In this document: positions 16,641 to 30,112 of the stretch, piece by piece
Layout: each line of letters begins with the position of its first letter
How positions within the stretch are numbered: the stretch's first letter is position 1
Assembly (NCBI GenBank): GCA_036403515.1
Contig: DASWQV010000093.1
Location: 33,366-97,365, forward strand
DNA: 64,000 nt
Source of the DNA: Solirubrobacterales bacterium
Lineage (GTDB): Bacteria; Actinomycetota; Thermoleophilia; Solirubrobacterales; 70-9
Direction: 5' to 3'
Notes under the pieces: generated by a model
Seen by the model: the letters and a program-made list of their open reading frames with translations, nothing else
Told to the model about the DNA's origin: nothing
Databases searched by the model: none
Program-made: the position numbers and the translations under genes

Positions 16641-17747
16641 TTGAAGCTGACAACCAAACGCGACGAGCTTGTCGCCAAGCTCTCGATCGTCTCCCGCGCC
16701 GTATCGACGCGGACCGCCACCCAGGCTCTTTCCGGGATCCTCCTCACCGCGGATGAGGAGGGCGTCAGCCTCTGCGCAACCGATCTCGAGCTGGGCCTGA
16801 AGACAAAGCTGACGGCAGAGGTCGACAGTCCCGGCTCGGTCCTCCTGCCCGGCCGTCTCCTAGCCGAGGTTTCGCGCTCGCTCGGGGATCCGTCTGTCGA
16901 GGTCGAGCTGCGCGAGGCAGAGCGCGACGTCGAGATCCGCAGCGGCGGCTCGAGCTTCCACCTGCGCACCCTGCCCAGTGAGGACTTTCCCGCCCTCCCC
17001 GAGGATCAGGGCGAGCCACTGACGATCCCTGCCGCGGCGCTTGCCTCGACGGTGGATCTCGTCGCCCGCGCCGCTTCACGGGACGACATGCGGCCGGTTC
17101 TGACCGGCGTCCTGGTCAGCGCCAGCGGTTCGGAGATGACGATGGTCGCGACCGACTCCTACCGCCTCGCGGTCAAGCGAACCGAGTTGGAGAGCGCGAT
17201 CGGGGGCGAGCTGGAGGCGAACATCCCGGCCAAGGCGCTGCGCGAGCTGGGGCGCATCGTCTCGGCCGACGGTGTCGAGGCGGTCTCGGTCGCCTTGCTG
17301 CGCAATCAAGCCATCTTCAAGGCAGGGGGAATCGTCCTCAACACGAGGCTGATCGAGGGGCAGTTCCCCAACTTTCGACAGCTCCTTCCCGAGTCCTACG
17401 AGCACGATGTCCGCCTGCCCCGCGGCGAGTTCCTCGACGTCGTCCGCCGGGTCAGCCAGCTGGCGCAGCGCAACGCGCCGTTGCGGCTTTCTTTCGCGCC
17501 AGGCGAGCTGACGGTCGCCGCCTCGACTCCGGATGTCGGCGACGCGGAGGAGACGATGCCGGCGGCTTTTGAGGGAGAGCCGCTGGAGATCGGCTTCAAC
17601 CCCGACTTCCTGCGCGAGGGGATCGAAAGCGTCGAGGGGGATGAGGTTGTGCTGCGATTGATCTCACCGCTGCGCCCCGGTCTCCTGCAGCCGGTCGACA
17701 ACGAGAACTTCCGCTACCTGGTGATGCCGATCCGCCTCAACGTGTGA
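16641..17747 (+). CDS. dnaN: DNA polymerase III beta sliding clamp
   Basis: The TTG start gives the canonical (M)KLTTKRDEL N-terminus, with AAGAAGG Shine-Dalgarno 10 nt upstream. Three-domain clamp length (368 aa). Confidence 0.92.
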   Translation: MKLTTKRDELVAKLSIVSRAVSTRTATQALSGILLTADEEGVSLCATDLELGLKTKLTAEVDSPGSVLLPGRLLAEVSRSLGDPSVEVELREAERDVEIRSGGSSFHLRTLPSEDFPALPEDQGEPLTIPAAALASTVDLVARAASRDDMRPVLTGVLVSASGSEMTMVATDSYRLAVKRTELESAIGGELEANIPAKALRELGRIVSADGVEAVSVALLRNQAIFKAGGIVLNTRLIEGQFPNFRQLLPESYEHDVRLPRGEFLDVVRRVSQLAQRNAPLRLSFAPGELTVAASTPDVGDAEETMPAAFEGEPLEIGFNPDFLREGIESVEGDEVVLRLISPLRPGLLQPVDNENFRYLVMPIRLNV

Positions 17748-17757
17748 GGTTTGCCCG

Positions 17758-18849
17758 GTGCTCGTCACCGCCGCCGAAGCGAGACCGTTGCGGAGCCTGC
17801 CCCATCTGCGCATCGAGCCGGGGCCGGGGATCACCAGCTTGGTTGGTCCAAATGGAGTGGGCAAGACCAACTTCCTCGAGGCGCTGTACTTCGCCCTGAC
17901 CGGGCGTTCCTTCCGCACCGCCGACCGCCGCGACCTGATTCCTTTCGGCGACTCCTTTGCGAGGGCGGAAGCGACCGTGCGAGACGAGGATGGGGTGGAG
18001 CGACACCTGCTCGCCTCGGTGAGCCGCAGCGATGGGCGCCGCCATTTGCTCGACGCGAGTCCCGCGGACCCCGCCACACTGGCGCGCAGCCGTCCACCCG
18101 TCGCCGTTTTCTCGCCTGACCGCCTGAGCCTGATCAAGGGCCCGCCAGCGGAACGCCGCGCTCATCTGGACCGCTTCGTCGCCGCCCGTTGGCCGTTTCG
18201 AGCCGACCTGCGCCAACGCTTTGGGCAGGCATTGGCGCAACGCAATGCGCTTGTCGCCGCACTCGCCGGCGGTCGCGGCGCGCCGAGTCAGCTCGATGCA
18301 TGGGATGCCACCTTGGCCGAGGCCGCCGCCGCGCTCATCGCCGCCCGGGCCGAGGCCGCCGCGGAGCTGTCCGAGCCGTTCGCGGCTGCGTCCGTCGACC
18401 TCGGCTTGGAGGGCGGCGCCTCACTTTCGTACGCCCCCCGCGCGGAGGGCTCCAGCGCTGAAATCACGGCCGGGCTGTTCGAACGGCGGGAGGCCGACCT
18501 GCGCCTCGGCAGGACCTCCTGGGGCCCCCACCTCGACGAGCTCAAGGTCGACCTCGCGGGTCGCTCGCTGCGCCGCTACGGCTCCCAGGGCCAGCAGCGC
18601 TTGGCGCTCTTGGCCCTGCTCTTTGCCGAGCGTGAGGTGCTGCTCGCCGCGCGCCAGGTGGCGCCACTCCTGCTCCTCGATGACGTCATGAGCGAGCTTG
18701 ATCCGCCCCGCCGCCAGCGACTGGTCGACCGCCTTGCAGGAAGGGGTCAGACGCTGATCACCGCCGCCGCCGAGGACTCGCTGCCGGCCTCGGCGCTGAC
18801 AGGCGCCGTGCGAATGCCGTTCCTCGCGGACGCGTCGGCGGCGGCATGA
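17758..18849 (+). CDS. recF: DNA replication/repair protein RecF
   Basis: Walker A GPNGVGKTN, SMC-like signature SQGQQR and Walker B LLLDDV. Confidence 0.9.
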   Translation: MLVTAAEARPLRSLPHLRIEPGPGITSLVGPNGVGKTNFLEALYFALTGRSFRTADRRDLIPFGDSFARAEATVRDEDGVERHLLASVSRSDGRRHLLDASPADPATLARSRPPVAVFSPDRLSLIKGPPAERRAHLDRFVAARWPFRADLRQRFGQALAQRNALVAALAGGRGAPSQLDAWDATLAEAAAALIAARAEAAAELSEPFAAASVDLGLEGGASLSYAPRAEGSSAEITAGLFERREADLRLGRTSWGPHLDELKVDLAGRSLRRYGSQGQQRLALLALLFAEREVLLAARQVAPLLLLDDVMSELDPPRRQRLVDRLAGRGQTLITAAAEDSLPASALTGAVRMPFLADASAAA

Positions 18850-19151
18850 ACCGCCGCCGAGCTCCTCGCCCGGCTGCGACGGCCCTGCGCGCCGCGCTCG
18901 AGCAGGCGGCGCCTAAAACCCCCCTTGCGGCCCTGCAGGGAGCTTGGGCCGAGGTCGTCGGCGAGCGGATCGCGGCGGTCGCCAGCCCGGTATCCGAGCG
19001 CGGCGGAGAGGCGACTGTGAGCTGCTCGGATTCCGTCTGGGCCCAGGAGTTGGATCTGATGCAAGGTCAGTTGCTGGAGCGCTTGCACGAGCGCCTCGGC
19101 GAGCGTGCCCCGCAGAGTTTGCGATTCCGTGCGGAAGATGCCCGAAAGTAA
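18846..19151 (+). CDS. DUF721 (DciA-like) protein
   Basis: The W..VVGE.IA..., ...V.C.DSVWAQEL pattern at the conserved recF-gyrB position. Confidence 0.8.
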   Translation: MNRRRAPRPAATALRAALEQAAPKTPLAALQGAWAEVVGERIAAVASPVSERGGEATVSCSDSVWAQELDLMQGQLLERLHERLGERAPQSLRFRAEDARK

Positions 19152-19244
19152 TTTCATTTTACGGCGATTTGCAGGACTTTTATTTCCCCAAAACGAGTCG
19201 ACAAAAGCCCCGAACTGGTATCCTTATGTCAACTTGCATTTCCG

Positions 19245-19286
19245 CCCCGACCGTGCGCCGCAAGTGTCCGACGGTCGGGGTTTTCT
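19245..19286 (+). terminator. intrinsic terminator-like hairpin
   Basis: CCCCGACCGT (19245-19254) pairs with ACGGTCGGGG (19271-19280) and is followed by TTTTCT. It lies 22 nt upstream of the gyrB start. Confidence 0.6.
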
Positions 19287-19307
19287 ATGAGAACGGGAAG
19301 GGACTAA

Positions 19308-21734
<2,427 letters not shown>

Positions 21735-21767
21735 CCCAGGGCGATCGCCCGGAAAGCGGGGGATCTA

Positions 21768-24275
<2,508 letters not shown>

Positions 24276-24285
24276 GGGTCGGCGG

Positions 24286-24396
24286 GGAGGGTCTTCCCGG
24301 TTCCCAAGCACCGCCAACTGGCGGTGCTAATCATGAGCCCTTCGGGGCCTAGAACCCCTCTGCGGAGCCGCTTCGCGAGGAACCGGGAAGACCTCC
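24286..24396. repeat. Family-B structured interspersed element, copy B2 (inverted relative to B1)
   Basis: Closing stem GGAGGGTCTTCCCGGTT / AACCGGGAAGACCTCC. It encloses AGCACCGCCAACTGGCGGTGCT, GCCCTTCGGGGC and GGAGCCGCTTCGCGAGG. Confidence 0.8.
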
Positions 24397-24610
24397 TCCA
24401 CCGACCTCTCGACCACCCGCTCACTTGCCTAGAAGCTGGCGCCCGGGAGCCCAACGTGATCGTGAACGCGTGCTTGGAACAGCGGCGTTCGCATTTCGGC
24501 GAGGCTGGGAAGCTTTTCCGGTCGAGCCGCTCGGGGATCGATTTGCAGCCGAAAAGCTTGGCGGCTCAAGGAAGGACAAGCTTGATCCTGACGAGGCGGT
24601 AGATAGGGCA

Positions 24611-24709
24611 GCGGGGAGGTCTCGACGGATCCTCGCGGAGCGGCAGCTAATTAGCACCGCCTTTTGGGCGGTGCTTGGGAACCGGCGAGACCTCCCCGCT
24701 GTCCTCCCC
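24611..24709. repeat. Family-B element, copy B3 (internally deleted)
   Basis: Perfect 14-bp closing stem GCGGGGAGGTCTCG (24611-24624) / CGAGACCTCCCCGC (24686-24699) around CCTCGCGGAGCGGC...AGCACCGCCTTTTGGGCGGTGCT. It lacks the central ~37 nt present in B1. Confidence 0.75.
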
Positions 24710-24795
24710 TAAGCAGCCTCTAGCAGGCCCTGCTCCAGGCTTCGGGGAATCTTTGGACCGGCCACCTGGATGAACACCGGTGGCCCGGCGCTTCT
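24709..24795 (-). pseudogene. relic 3' end of an HNH endonuclease gene (duplicate of 25886-25972)
   Basis: Encodes ...GPPVFIQVAGPKIPRSLEQGLLEAA*, compared with ...GPTVFIQVASPKIPENWQQYLPAAA* at the intact HNH C-terminus. About 75% nucleotide identity by eye, including GGCCACCTGGATGAACACC. Confidence 0.55.
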
Positions 24796-24867
24796 GCGGG
24801 CTTTCGAATTTCCGCGAAAAACGAGTGCCAAGGGGGAGAAAATATCCCTGTGTGAGCTTAAGTACAC

Positions 24868-25188
24868 GTGACTCGTGAGCAACCCGGAGAAGAACACGAG
24901 GCGGCGCAGCTGCTGATCGAAGAGATGCTGCGGACGGCCTTCTCTCTCGGCAGTATCTACGCGCCGCTGCTCGCTGATCTCCCCGACGATGCCTTCCCTG
25001 GGGAGGATCCGGGTGCCGTGTTGATCGAGATGCTGGCCGGCAGCTCGCTTGGGGCCGCCCAGGTGATCGAGGCGGTGGACTGGAAATCGACGACCGCTTT
25101 CGTGAAAGCGGTTAGAGAGAGCGTCCTCGGCGATCTGCGAGCCGCGGCCCTGCTAGCTGAACAGGGCCAGAAAGAAATGCTACTTTGA
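24868..25188 (+). CDS. hypothetical protein (first gene of 3-gene Phd/VapC cassette)
   Basis: 106-aa acidic ORF with a GTG start, whose stop overlaps the antitoxin start region. No motif recognised. Confidence 0.4.
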   Translation: MTREQPGEEHEAAQLLIEEMLRTAFSLGSIYAPLLADLPDDAFPGEDPGAVLIEMLAGSSLGAAQVIEAVDWKSTTAFVKAVRESVLGDLRAAALLAEQGQKEMLL

Positions 25189-25463
25189 TGTACATGAGCA
25201 ATTCAGTCGGGATTGCGGAGTTGCGCCAGAACTTGAGCGTGTACCTGCGGCGTGTGAGCGAAGGCGAGCGGTTGGTCGTCACCGATCGCAACCGACCGGT
25301 GGCTGAGCTTGGTCCTGCCCCGAGCACCGGACCAGATCTCGATCGGCTGATTGCAGAAGGACGGGTATCTCGCCCCTTGCGTTCCGGCCTGCCGAAGCCG
25401 CTCGAGCTGACGGGCGATCCGGAAGCCCTCAGCAGCGCTCTCGACGGTGTCCGCGGCGGCTGA
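25188..25463 (+). CDS. type II antitoxin, Phd/YefM family
   Basis: VGIAELRQNLSVYLRRVSEGERLVVTDRNRPVAEL is a typical Phd/YefM N-terminus. ATG 25188 or 25194. Confidence 0.8.
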   Translation: MYMSNSVGIAELRQNLSVYLRRVSEGERLVVTDRNRPVAELGPAPSTGPDLDRLIAEGRVSRPLRSGLPKPLELTGDPEALSSALDGVRGG

Positions 25464-25466
25464 GCC

Positions 25467-25889
25467 ATGGCCGTCTTCTACGCGGACACGTCCGCGCTGG
25501 TCAAGCTCGTTCGCGAGGAGGCCGAGTCGTCTGCCCTGCGGGCCTATTTCGCAGACGCAGACCTGGTTAGCAGCGAGTTGGTCCTGGCCGAGCTTCCTCG
25601 GGCGGTGCGTCGTGCGGTCGCAGACGACCCGGCTTTGCCGCTCGACCTGTTGCTTGATCGCGCTGGGGAATTGATCGACGCCCTCGCCCTGCGTCCGGCC
25701 GATCAGGCTTTGCTGGCTGGGGCAGGAGCGCTCACCGAGCCGGCACTTCGAGCACTTGACGCAATTCACGTCGCCTCCGCCGCTGGCCTTGGCCCCTTCG
25801 AGGCCTTTGTGACCTATGACGAACGCCAGGCAGCCGCCGCCAGGCTCGCCGGTCTTCGCACGGTAGCTCCGGGCGCAGCCACCCGCTAA
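25467..25889 (+). CDS. vapC: type II toxin VapC (PIN domain RNase)
   Basis: FYADTSALVKL (first acidic residue), SELVLAEL, ALDAIHVASA and the FVTYDERQ PIN signature. Confidence 0.85.
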   Translation: MAVFYADTSALVKLVREEAESSALRAYFADADLVSSELVLAELPRAVRRAVADDPALPLDLLLDRAGELIDALALRPADQALLAGAGALTEPALRALDAIHVASAAGLGPFEAFVTYDERQAAAARLAGLRTVAPGAATR

Positions 25890-26392
25890 GCAGCAGCCGG
25901 AAGGTACTGCTGCCAGTTTTCGGGAATCTTCGGGCTGGCCACCTGGATGAACACCGTCGGCCCGGGCGCCTTCGGGGTGCTCTGCGGATGCATGTGGATC
26001 TCGCGGGGGAGCCGGTTGCCCTTGCGCCGGTTGCAGGACGCGCAGGCGGCGACGATGTTCTCCCAGACCGATTTGCCGCCGCGGCTGCGGGGGATGACGT
26101 GATCGACCGTGAGGCCGGATTTGCGGGAACCGCAGTATTGGCAGGTCCAGGAGTCGCGGGCGAGGACCGCCCGGCGGGTGATCTTGCGGCGGTGCGCTTC
26201 GCGGGGGATCCGCACGTAGCTGACCAGGCGGATCACGTCGGGGCGCTCCATCGTCATGTGCTCGGAGTGGATCGCGCCCTCGCGGCGCTCCAGCAGCTCG
26301 GCCTTTTCCTTCAGCAAGAGCACAGCGGCCCTCCTCAACGTGCAGACGTTGATCGGCTCATACGTTGCGTTGAGTACGAGCACACGTGCCAT
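25886..26392 (-). CDS. HNH endonuclease (conserved actinobacterial type)
   Basis: CQYCG...DHVIPRSRGG...WENIVAACASCNRRKGN HNH/zinc-finger motif. Confidence 0.85.
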   Translation of the reverse strand: MARVLVLNATYEPINVCTLRRAAVLLLKEKAELLERREGAIHSEHMTMERPDVIRLVSYVRIPREAHRRKITRRAVLARDSWTCQYCGSRKSGLTVDHVIPRSRGGKSVWENIVAACASCNRRKGNRLPREIHMHPQSTPKAPGPTVFIQVASPKIPENWQQYLPAAA

Positions 26393-26406
26393 GTTGCCCG
26401 GGAATT

Positions 26407-27243
26407 CTACGCAGTTGGGTAGGAGCCCAATACTCGAACCGAATCTGCCTTGGTTCGCAGCGCCTCGATCGCCTCTGTGACCGGCTGGTCGGTCAATGCC
26501 CCCTCGAGGTCGCAGAAGAACATGTAGCGCCCCAGCCCGAGGCGCAGTGGGCGGGACTCGATGCGGGTCAGATTGACCGCTCGAGAGGAGAACTCACGCA
26601 GCGCATTGACCAGGGCGCCGGGATGGTCTTCGCCCAGCTCAGAGAAGACAAGGGAGGTCTTCCAGGCATCGCCAACCGCCGGCTCGGTCCCGGCCGGGGC
26701 GATCCAGACGAAGCGGGTGACGTTGTTGGCCTCGTCCTCGATTCCTTCGCAGAGAACCGCGCAGCCGTAGAGCTCGGCGGCGGAATGGGCTCCGATCGCC
26801 GCCCATGGCCGATCAGACTCGCTGACCAGGCGAACGGCCTCGGCGGTGCTGCTGACCGGACGCAGCTCGACCCCCGGCAGGCTCTCGCGCAGAAAGCGGG
26901 CGCACTGCGCGAGCGGCTGGGGGTGGGATAGAACGACGGCGATCTGCTCCAGCTCGCCCGGCTCCCGTGCGAGCAGCATCGCCCGCACGGCGAAGTCATG
27001 CTCGCCAACGATCGTCACCTTCTCCGCATCGAAGGCGAGGGTGTCGAGCGTGCTGCGCACCGACCCCTCGATCGAGTTCTCGAACGGCACCAGCGCCCGC
27101 TCGGCCTCCCCCCGCTCCACCGCGAGGATCGCCTCGTGGATGGTGGCCGTCCGCAACCGCTCGAACTCGAGTCCCGGCTCGACCGCCTCGCGCAGCGCGT
27201 CCTCGGTGAACGTGCCAGCCGGCCCCAGATAGGCGATCCGCAC
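26407..27243 (-). CDS. pheA: prephenate dehydratase
   Basis: MRIAYLGPAGTFTE, the TRF motif (NVTRFVWI) and a C-terminal ACT domain with ESRP. Confidence 0.9.
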   Translation of the reverse strand: MRIAYLGPAGTFTEDALREAVEPGLEFERLRTATIHEAILAVERGEAERALVPFENSIEGSVRSTLDTLAFDAEKVTIVGEHDFAVRAMLLAREPGELEQIAVVLSHPQPLAQCARFLRESLPGVELRPVSSTAEAVRLVSESDRPWAAIGAHSAAELYGCAVLCEGIEDEANNVTRFVWIAPAGTEPAVGDAWKTSLVFSELGEDHPGALVNALREFSSRAVNLTRIESRPLRLGLGRYMFFCDLEGALTDQPVTEAIEALRTKADSVRVLGSYPTA

Positions 27244-27253
27244 CGCGCCCGCC

Positions 27254-28294
27254 CTATTCGAAGGCGACGTTGTAGCTGGCCTTGTTGTTTTCGGAGAGGT
27301 GCTCGCCCGGCACGGTCGCGACGTCGACTTCGAGCGTCACTTCGCCGCTTGGAGCCGGGGTCAGCGGGATCAAGGCGGTTTCCGTTTCTCCCGCCGCAAT
27401 GCTGCTGATCGTGCCGCTCAGAGTGCCGCCGCCGCTGACCGTGATCGAAACCGAGACGCCGTTCTCGGTTGAGCCGCCCTGGTTTTGGACCTGCACTTCG
27501 ACTTCAGGCGTGCCTTCGCTGCCCACCGAGGTGGTCGATTCGGCAGTCAGTTCGGTGCCGTTGACGCTGGTGCCGATCAGGCCGAGGCCATGGACACCAC
27601 CGGTCGACGCCGTGCTCGAGCCGCTGACCGATTCCAGCGCAGAGCTGACCGCGGTCTCTTCGAGCCACTTCGTCCCTTCCGGCAGAAAGACGCTCTTCGG
27701 CACGTCATCGCCCTCAATCCCGTTGGATTCGAGCACGCCGTTGATCTCCGGCCGCACCACTGATTCGTAGAGCACATCGGCCGAGAGCAGCTTCTGCATC
27801 TGCACCGCGATGCTGGCGGTCGCTTTCTCCGAGCCGACATCGCCAAGCGCGGTGCTCATTTTGTCCGCGATGTCGTCCATCGCGCTGCCGCGCAGCTCGT
27901 AGACCAGCTCGAGCGCGTTTTGAGCGTGGCTCATGTCGCCGGGCGCGCTGAGGCCGTCGATGCGGCTGGCGTAGCCGTCCATCGCGCTGCGGTCGGCGCT
28001 GACCTGATTGACGAATTCGGTCACCGAAAGGCTGCCCGGTTCGGAGAGCTTGGCGAAGAACGCTTTGCTGGTCTGGTCGGTCTCTTCGACGATCTGGCTG
28101 ACGTTGCGGGCGTAATCGCTCAGCGCCCTGTCCTTGCGCGCGTCGAGGCAACCCTTGATCCCAAGCACGACGACGATCAGCACCAACAGCCCGGCGCCGA
28201 GCGCAAGCCCACGGCGCAGCAGGATCTGCTGGCGTTCAGGCCGGCGGCGAGGCCGGGCCCGGCGTCCCGGCCGGTTTGCGGAAGAATCCTCCAA
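27254..28294 (-). CDS. membrane-anchored hypothetical protein with C-terminal CARDB-like beta domain
   Basis: Basic N-terminus, a single TM (LALGAGLLVLIVVVLGI), a helical middle and a C-terminal VEVQVQNQGGSTENGVSVSITV...GETETALIPL segment. Confidence 0.55.
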   Translation of the reverse strand: MEDSSANRPGRRARPRRRPERQQILLRRGLALGAGLLVLIVVVLGIKGCLDARKDRALSDYARNVSQIVEETDQTSKAFFAKLSEPGSLSVTEFVNQVSADRSAMDGYASRIDGLSAPGDMSHAQNALELVYELRGSAMDDIADKMSTALGDVGSEKATASIAVQMQKLLSADVLYESVVRPEINGVLESNGIEGDDVPKSVFLPEGTKWLEETAVSSALESVSGSSTASTGGVHGLGLIGTSVNGTELTAESTTSVGSEGTPEVEVQVQNQGGSTENGVSVSITVSGGGTLSGTISSIAAGETETALIPLTPAPSGEVTLEVDVATVPGEHLSENNKASYNVAFE

Positions 28295-28350
28295 GAAGCA
28301 GGGAGTATGTCGCAGGAGGAAGCGGATTCGCGGCGAAGTCGAGAAGTGCC

Positions 28351-29271
28351 GTGGTCGGTTCCCTGGTCCTCAACCGCTTCTTGATCGAGCGTCGCATCGG
28401 CAGCGGCGGCTTCGGCACGGTCTACGAGGCCTGGGATGGACGGCTCGAGCGCCCGGTTGCGGTCAAGGCGATCGAATCCGGCCGGGACAATGGCTCAGGC
28501 CGGGTCATGCGAGAGGCGCAGGCCGCGGCCCGGCTGAATCATCCCGGCATCGTCACTCTCTACGAGATGGGGGAGGAGGACGGCAACGCCCTGCTCGTCA
28601 CGGAGCTCGTCGACGGTGAGACGTTGGCCCGGCTGAATCGCGACTGCTCGCTCAGCGATCGCGAGATCGGCGAGATCGGCGCCGATCTCTGCGAGGCGCT
28701 TGACCACGCGCATTGCCGCTCTGTCGTGCACCGAGACATCAAGCCTCAAAACGTCCTCGTTCTCGAGGACGGTGAGCCGCGCGCCAAGCTGATGGACTTC
28801 GGCGTCGCACGTCTCACCGACGCCGCCGCGCTGACCGCCCCTGGCGACGTCGTCGGCACCCTCGCCTACATGGCGCCCGAGCAGGCCGAGGGCCGGACAG
28901 TGGGTCCCGAGGCAGACATCTACTCGCTCGCCCTGATGCTCTACGAGTCATGGAGCGGCGAGCACCCGACTCGCCGCTCGAGCCCGGCCGCGACCGCGAG
29001 AGCGATCGGCGCCCGCCAGCGCCCCCTCCGCCGGCTGCGTCCCGATCTGCCTCGCGAGCTCACCGACGCGGTGGATGCCTGCCTGCAGACCCGACCGGAT
29101 CGGCGCCCGCCGCTGGAGGAGCTCGGCGGCGCGATTGAAAGCTCGCTCGACAGTCTCGCCGAGGATCCTCCCCGCGCCGAGCGCTCGCTGCGCCTGCGCC
29201 TCGGCGCGGTTGCCGCCGCCGCCGTGCTGGGCGCCTGGCTCGCCGCCGGTCATGGCGTCCTGCTGCCGTAG
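28351..29271 (+). CDS. Ser/Thr protein kinase (short, C-terminal TM)
   Basis: GSGGFGTVY, VAVK, HRDIKPQN, DFG and APE. Start uncertain: the ORF opens at TTG 28276, which overlaps the divergent gene, so GTG 28351 was chosen. Confidence 0.8.
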   Translation: MVGSLVLNRFLIERRIGSGGFGTVYEAWDGRLERPVAVKAIESGRDNGSGRVMREAQAAARLNHPGIVTLYEMGEEDGNALLVTELVDGETLARLNRDCSLSDREIGEIGADLCEALDHAHCRSVVHRDIKPQNVLVLEDGEPRAKLMDFGVARLTDAAALTAPGDVVGTLAYMAPEQAEGRTVGPEADIYSLALMLYESWSGEHPTRRSSPAATARAIGARQRPLRRLRPDLPRELTDAVDACLQTRPDRRPPLEELGGAIESSLDSLAEDPPRAERSLRLRLGAVAAAAVLGAWLAAGHGVLLP

Positions 29272-29332
29272 GATTCCAGCCGGTTTTCCCGCCACCCCGA
29301 GCGCCTGCCTCGCTCGCAAAAAGGAGCCAACG

Positions 29333-30106
29333 ATCAGCGTCCTACGCAACCTCGAGAGTCGCATCGAAGGCCTCGTCGAGGGGGTCTTCAGCCGCGCCTT
29401 CAGCTCCGAGGTGCAACCGGTCGAGCTCGCCCGCAAGCTGGCCAAGGAGATGGACGCCCACAAGACGGCGGGCGTCGCCCGCGTCTACGTCCCCAACGAG
29501 TACACCGTCTTCCTCTCCAGCAAGGACCGGGTCAAGCTCGAGGGCTACGAGCGCTCGCTCGAGCAGGAGCTCTCCGGCTACCTGCTCGAGCACGCGCGGC
29601 GTCGCAGCTATGACCTGCTGACCCGGCCCGCGGTCGAGTTCAAGACCGATGAGCGCCTGCGCCTCGGTGAGTTTGGGATCCAGACGCGGCTGGTCAAGCC
29701 GCCCGTCCGCGAGGGCGAGGCGCCGCGGCAGGGGGAGGAGGGGCACACGATGGTCTACTCGGCGGTGAAAGAGAAGCAACCTCCGCCGGCGAATCCCGAA
29801 CAGCGCGCGGAAGCGATGGTCGTGACGCGGGCCGTGGTCTCGCTCGAAGACCGCCGCTACGTGCTCGAGGGTCCCCGGGCGACGATCGGCCGCTCCAAGC
29901 AGGTCGAGTGCGTGCTCGCCGACCCCAACGTCTCTCGCCGCCACGCCGAGCTGCGTCGCTCGCAAACGGGCGACTGGACGATCGCCGACCTCGGCTCGAC
30001 CAACGGCATCAAGGTGAACGGCCGGCGTGTCTCCTCGACCCGGCTCAGCCCGGGCGACCAGGTCACCGTCGGCGCCACGACCTTCCTGTTCGACATCGAG
30101 CAGTAG
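29333..30106 (+). CDS. fhaA: FhaA-like protein (DUF3662 N-domain + FHA domain)
   Basis: ISVLRNLESRIEGLVEGVF matches FhaA N-termini. C-terminal FHA motifs are GRS...D..VSRRHA and STNG. Proposed non-AUG start ATC 29333, 6 nt after AAGGAG. The alternative ATG 29252 gives an atypical extension. Confidence 0.75.
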   Translation: MSVLRNLESRIEGLVEGVFSRAFSSEVQPVELARKLAKEMDAHKTAGVARVYVPNEYTVFLSSKDRVKLEGYERSLEQELSGYLLEHARRRSYDLLTRPAVEFKTDERLRLGEFGIQTRLVKPPVREGEAPRQGEEGHTMVYSAVKEKQPPPANPEQRAEAMVVTRAVVSLEDRRYVLEGPRATIGRSKQVECVLADPNVSRRHAELRRSQTGDWTIADLGSTNGIKVNGRRVSSTRLSPGDQVTVGATTFLFDIEQ

Positions 30107-30112
30107 CCGCCA

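Noticed and set aside
24276-24867. Large non-coding region downstream of gyrA as the replication origin
   Set aside because: I found no TCCACA-type DnaA-box cluster and no pronounced A/T-rich unwinding element. The content is explained by the repeat copies and the HNH relic.
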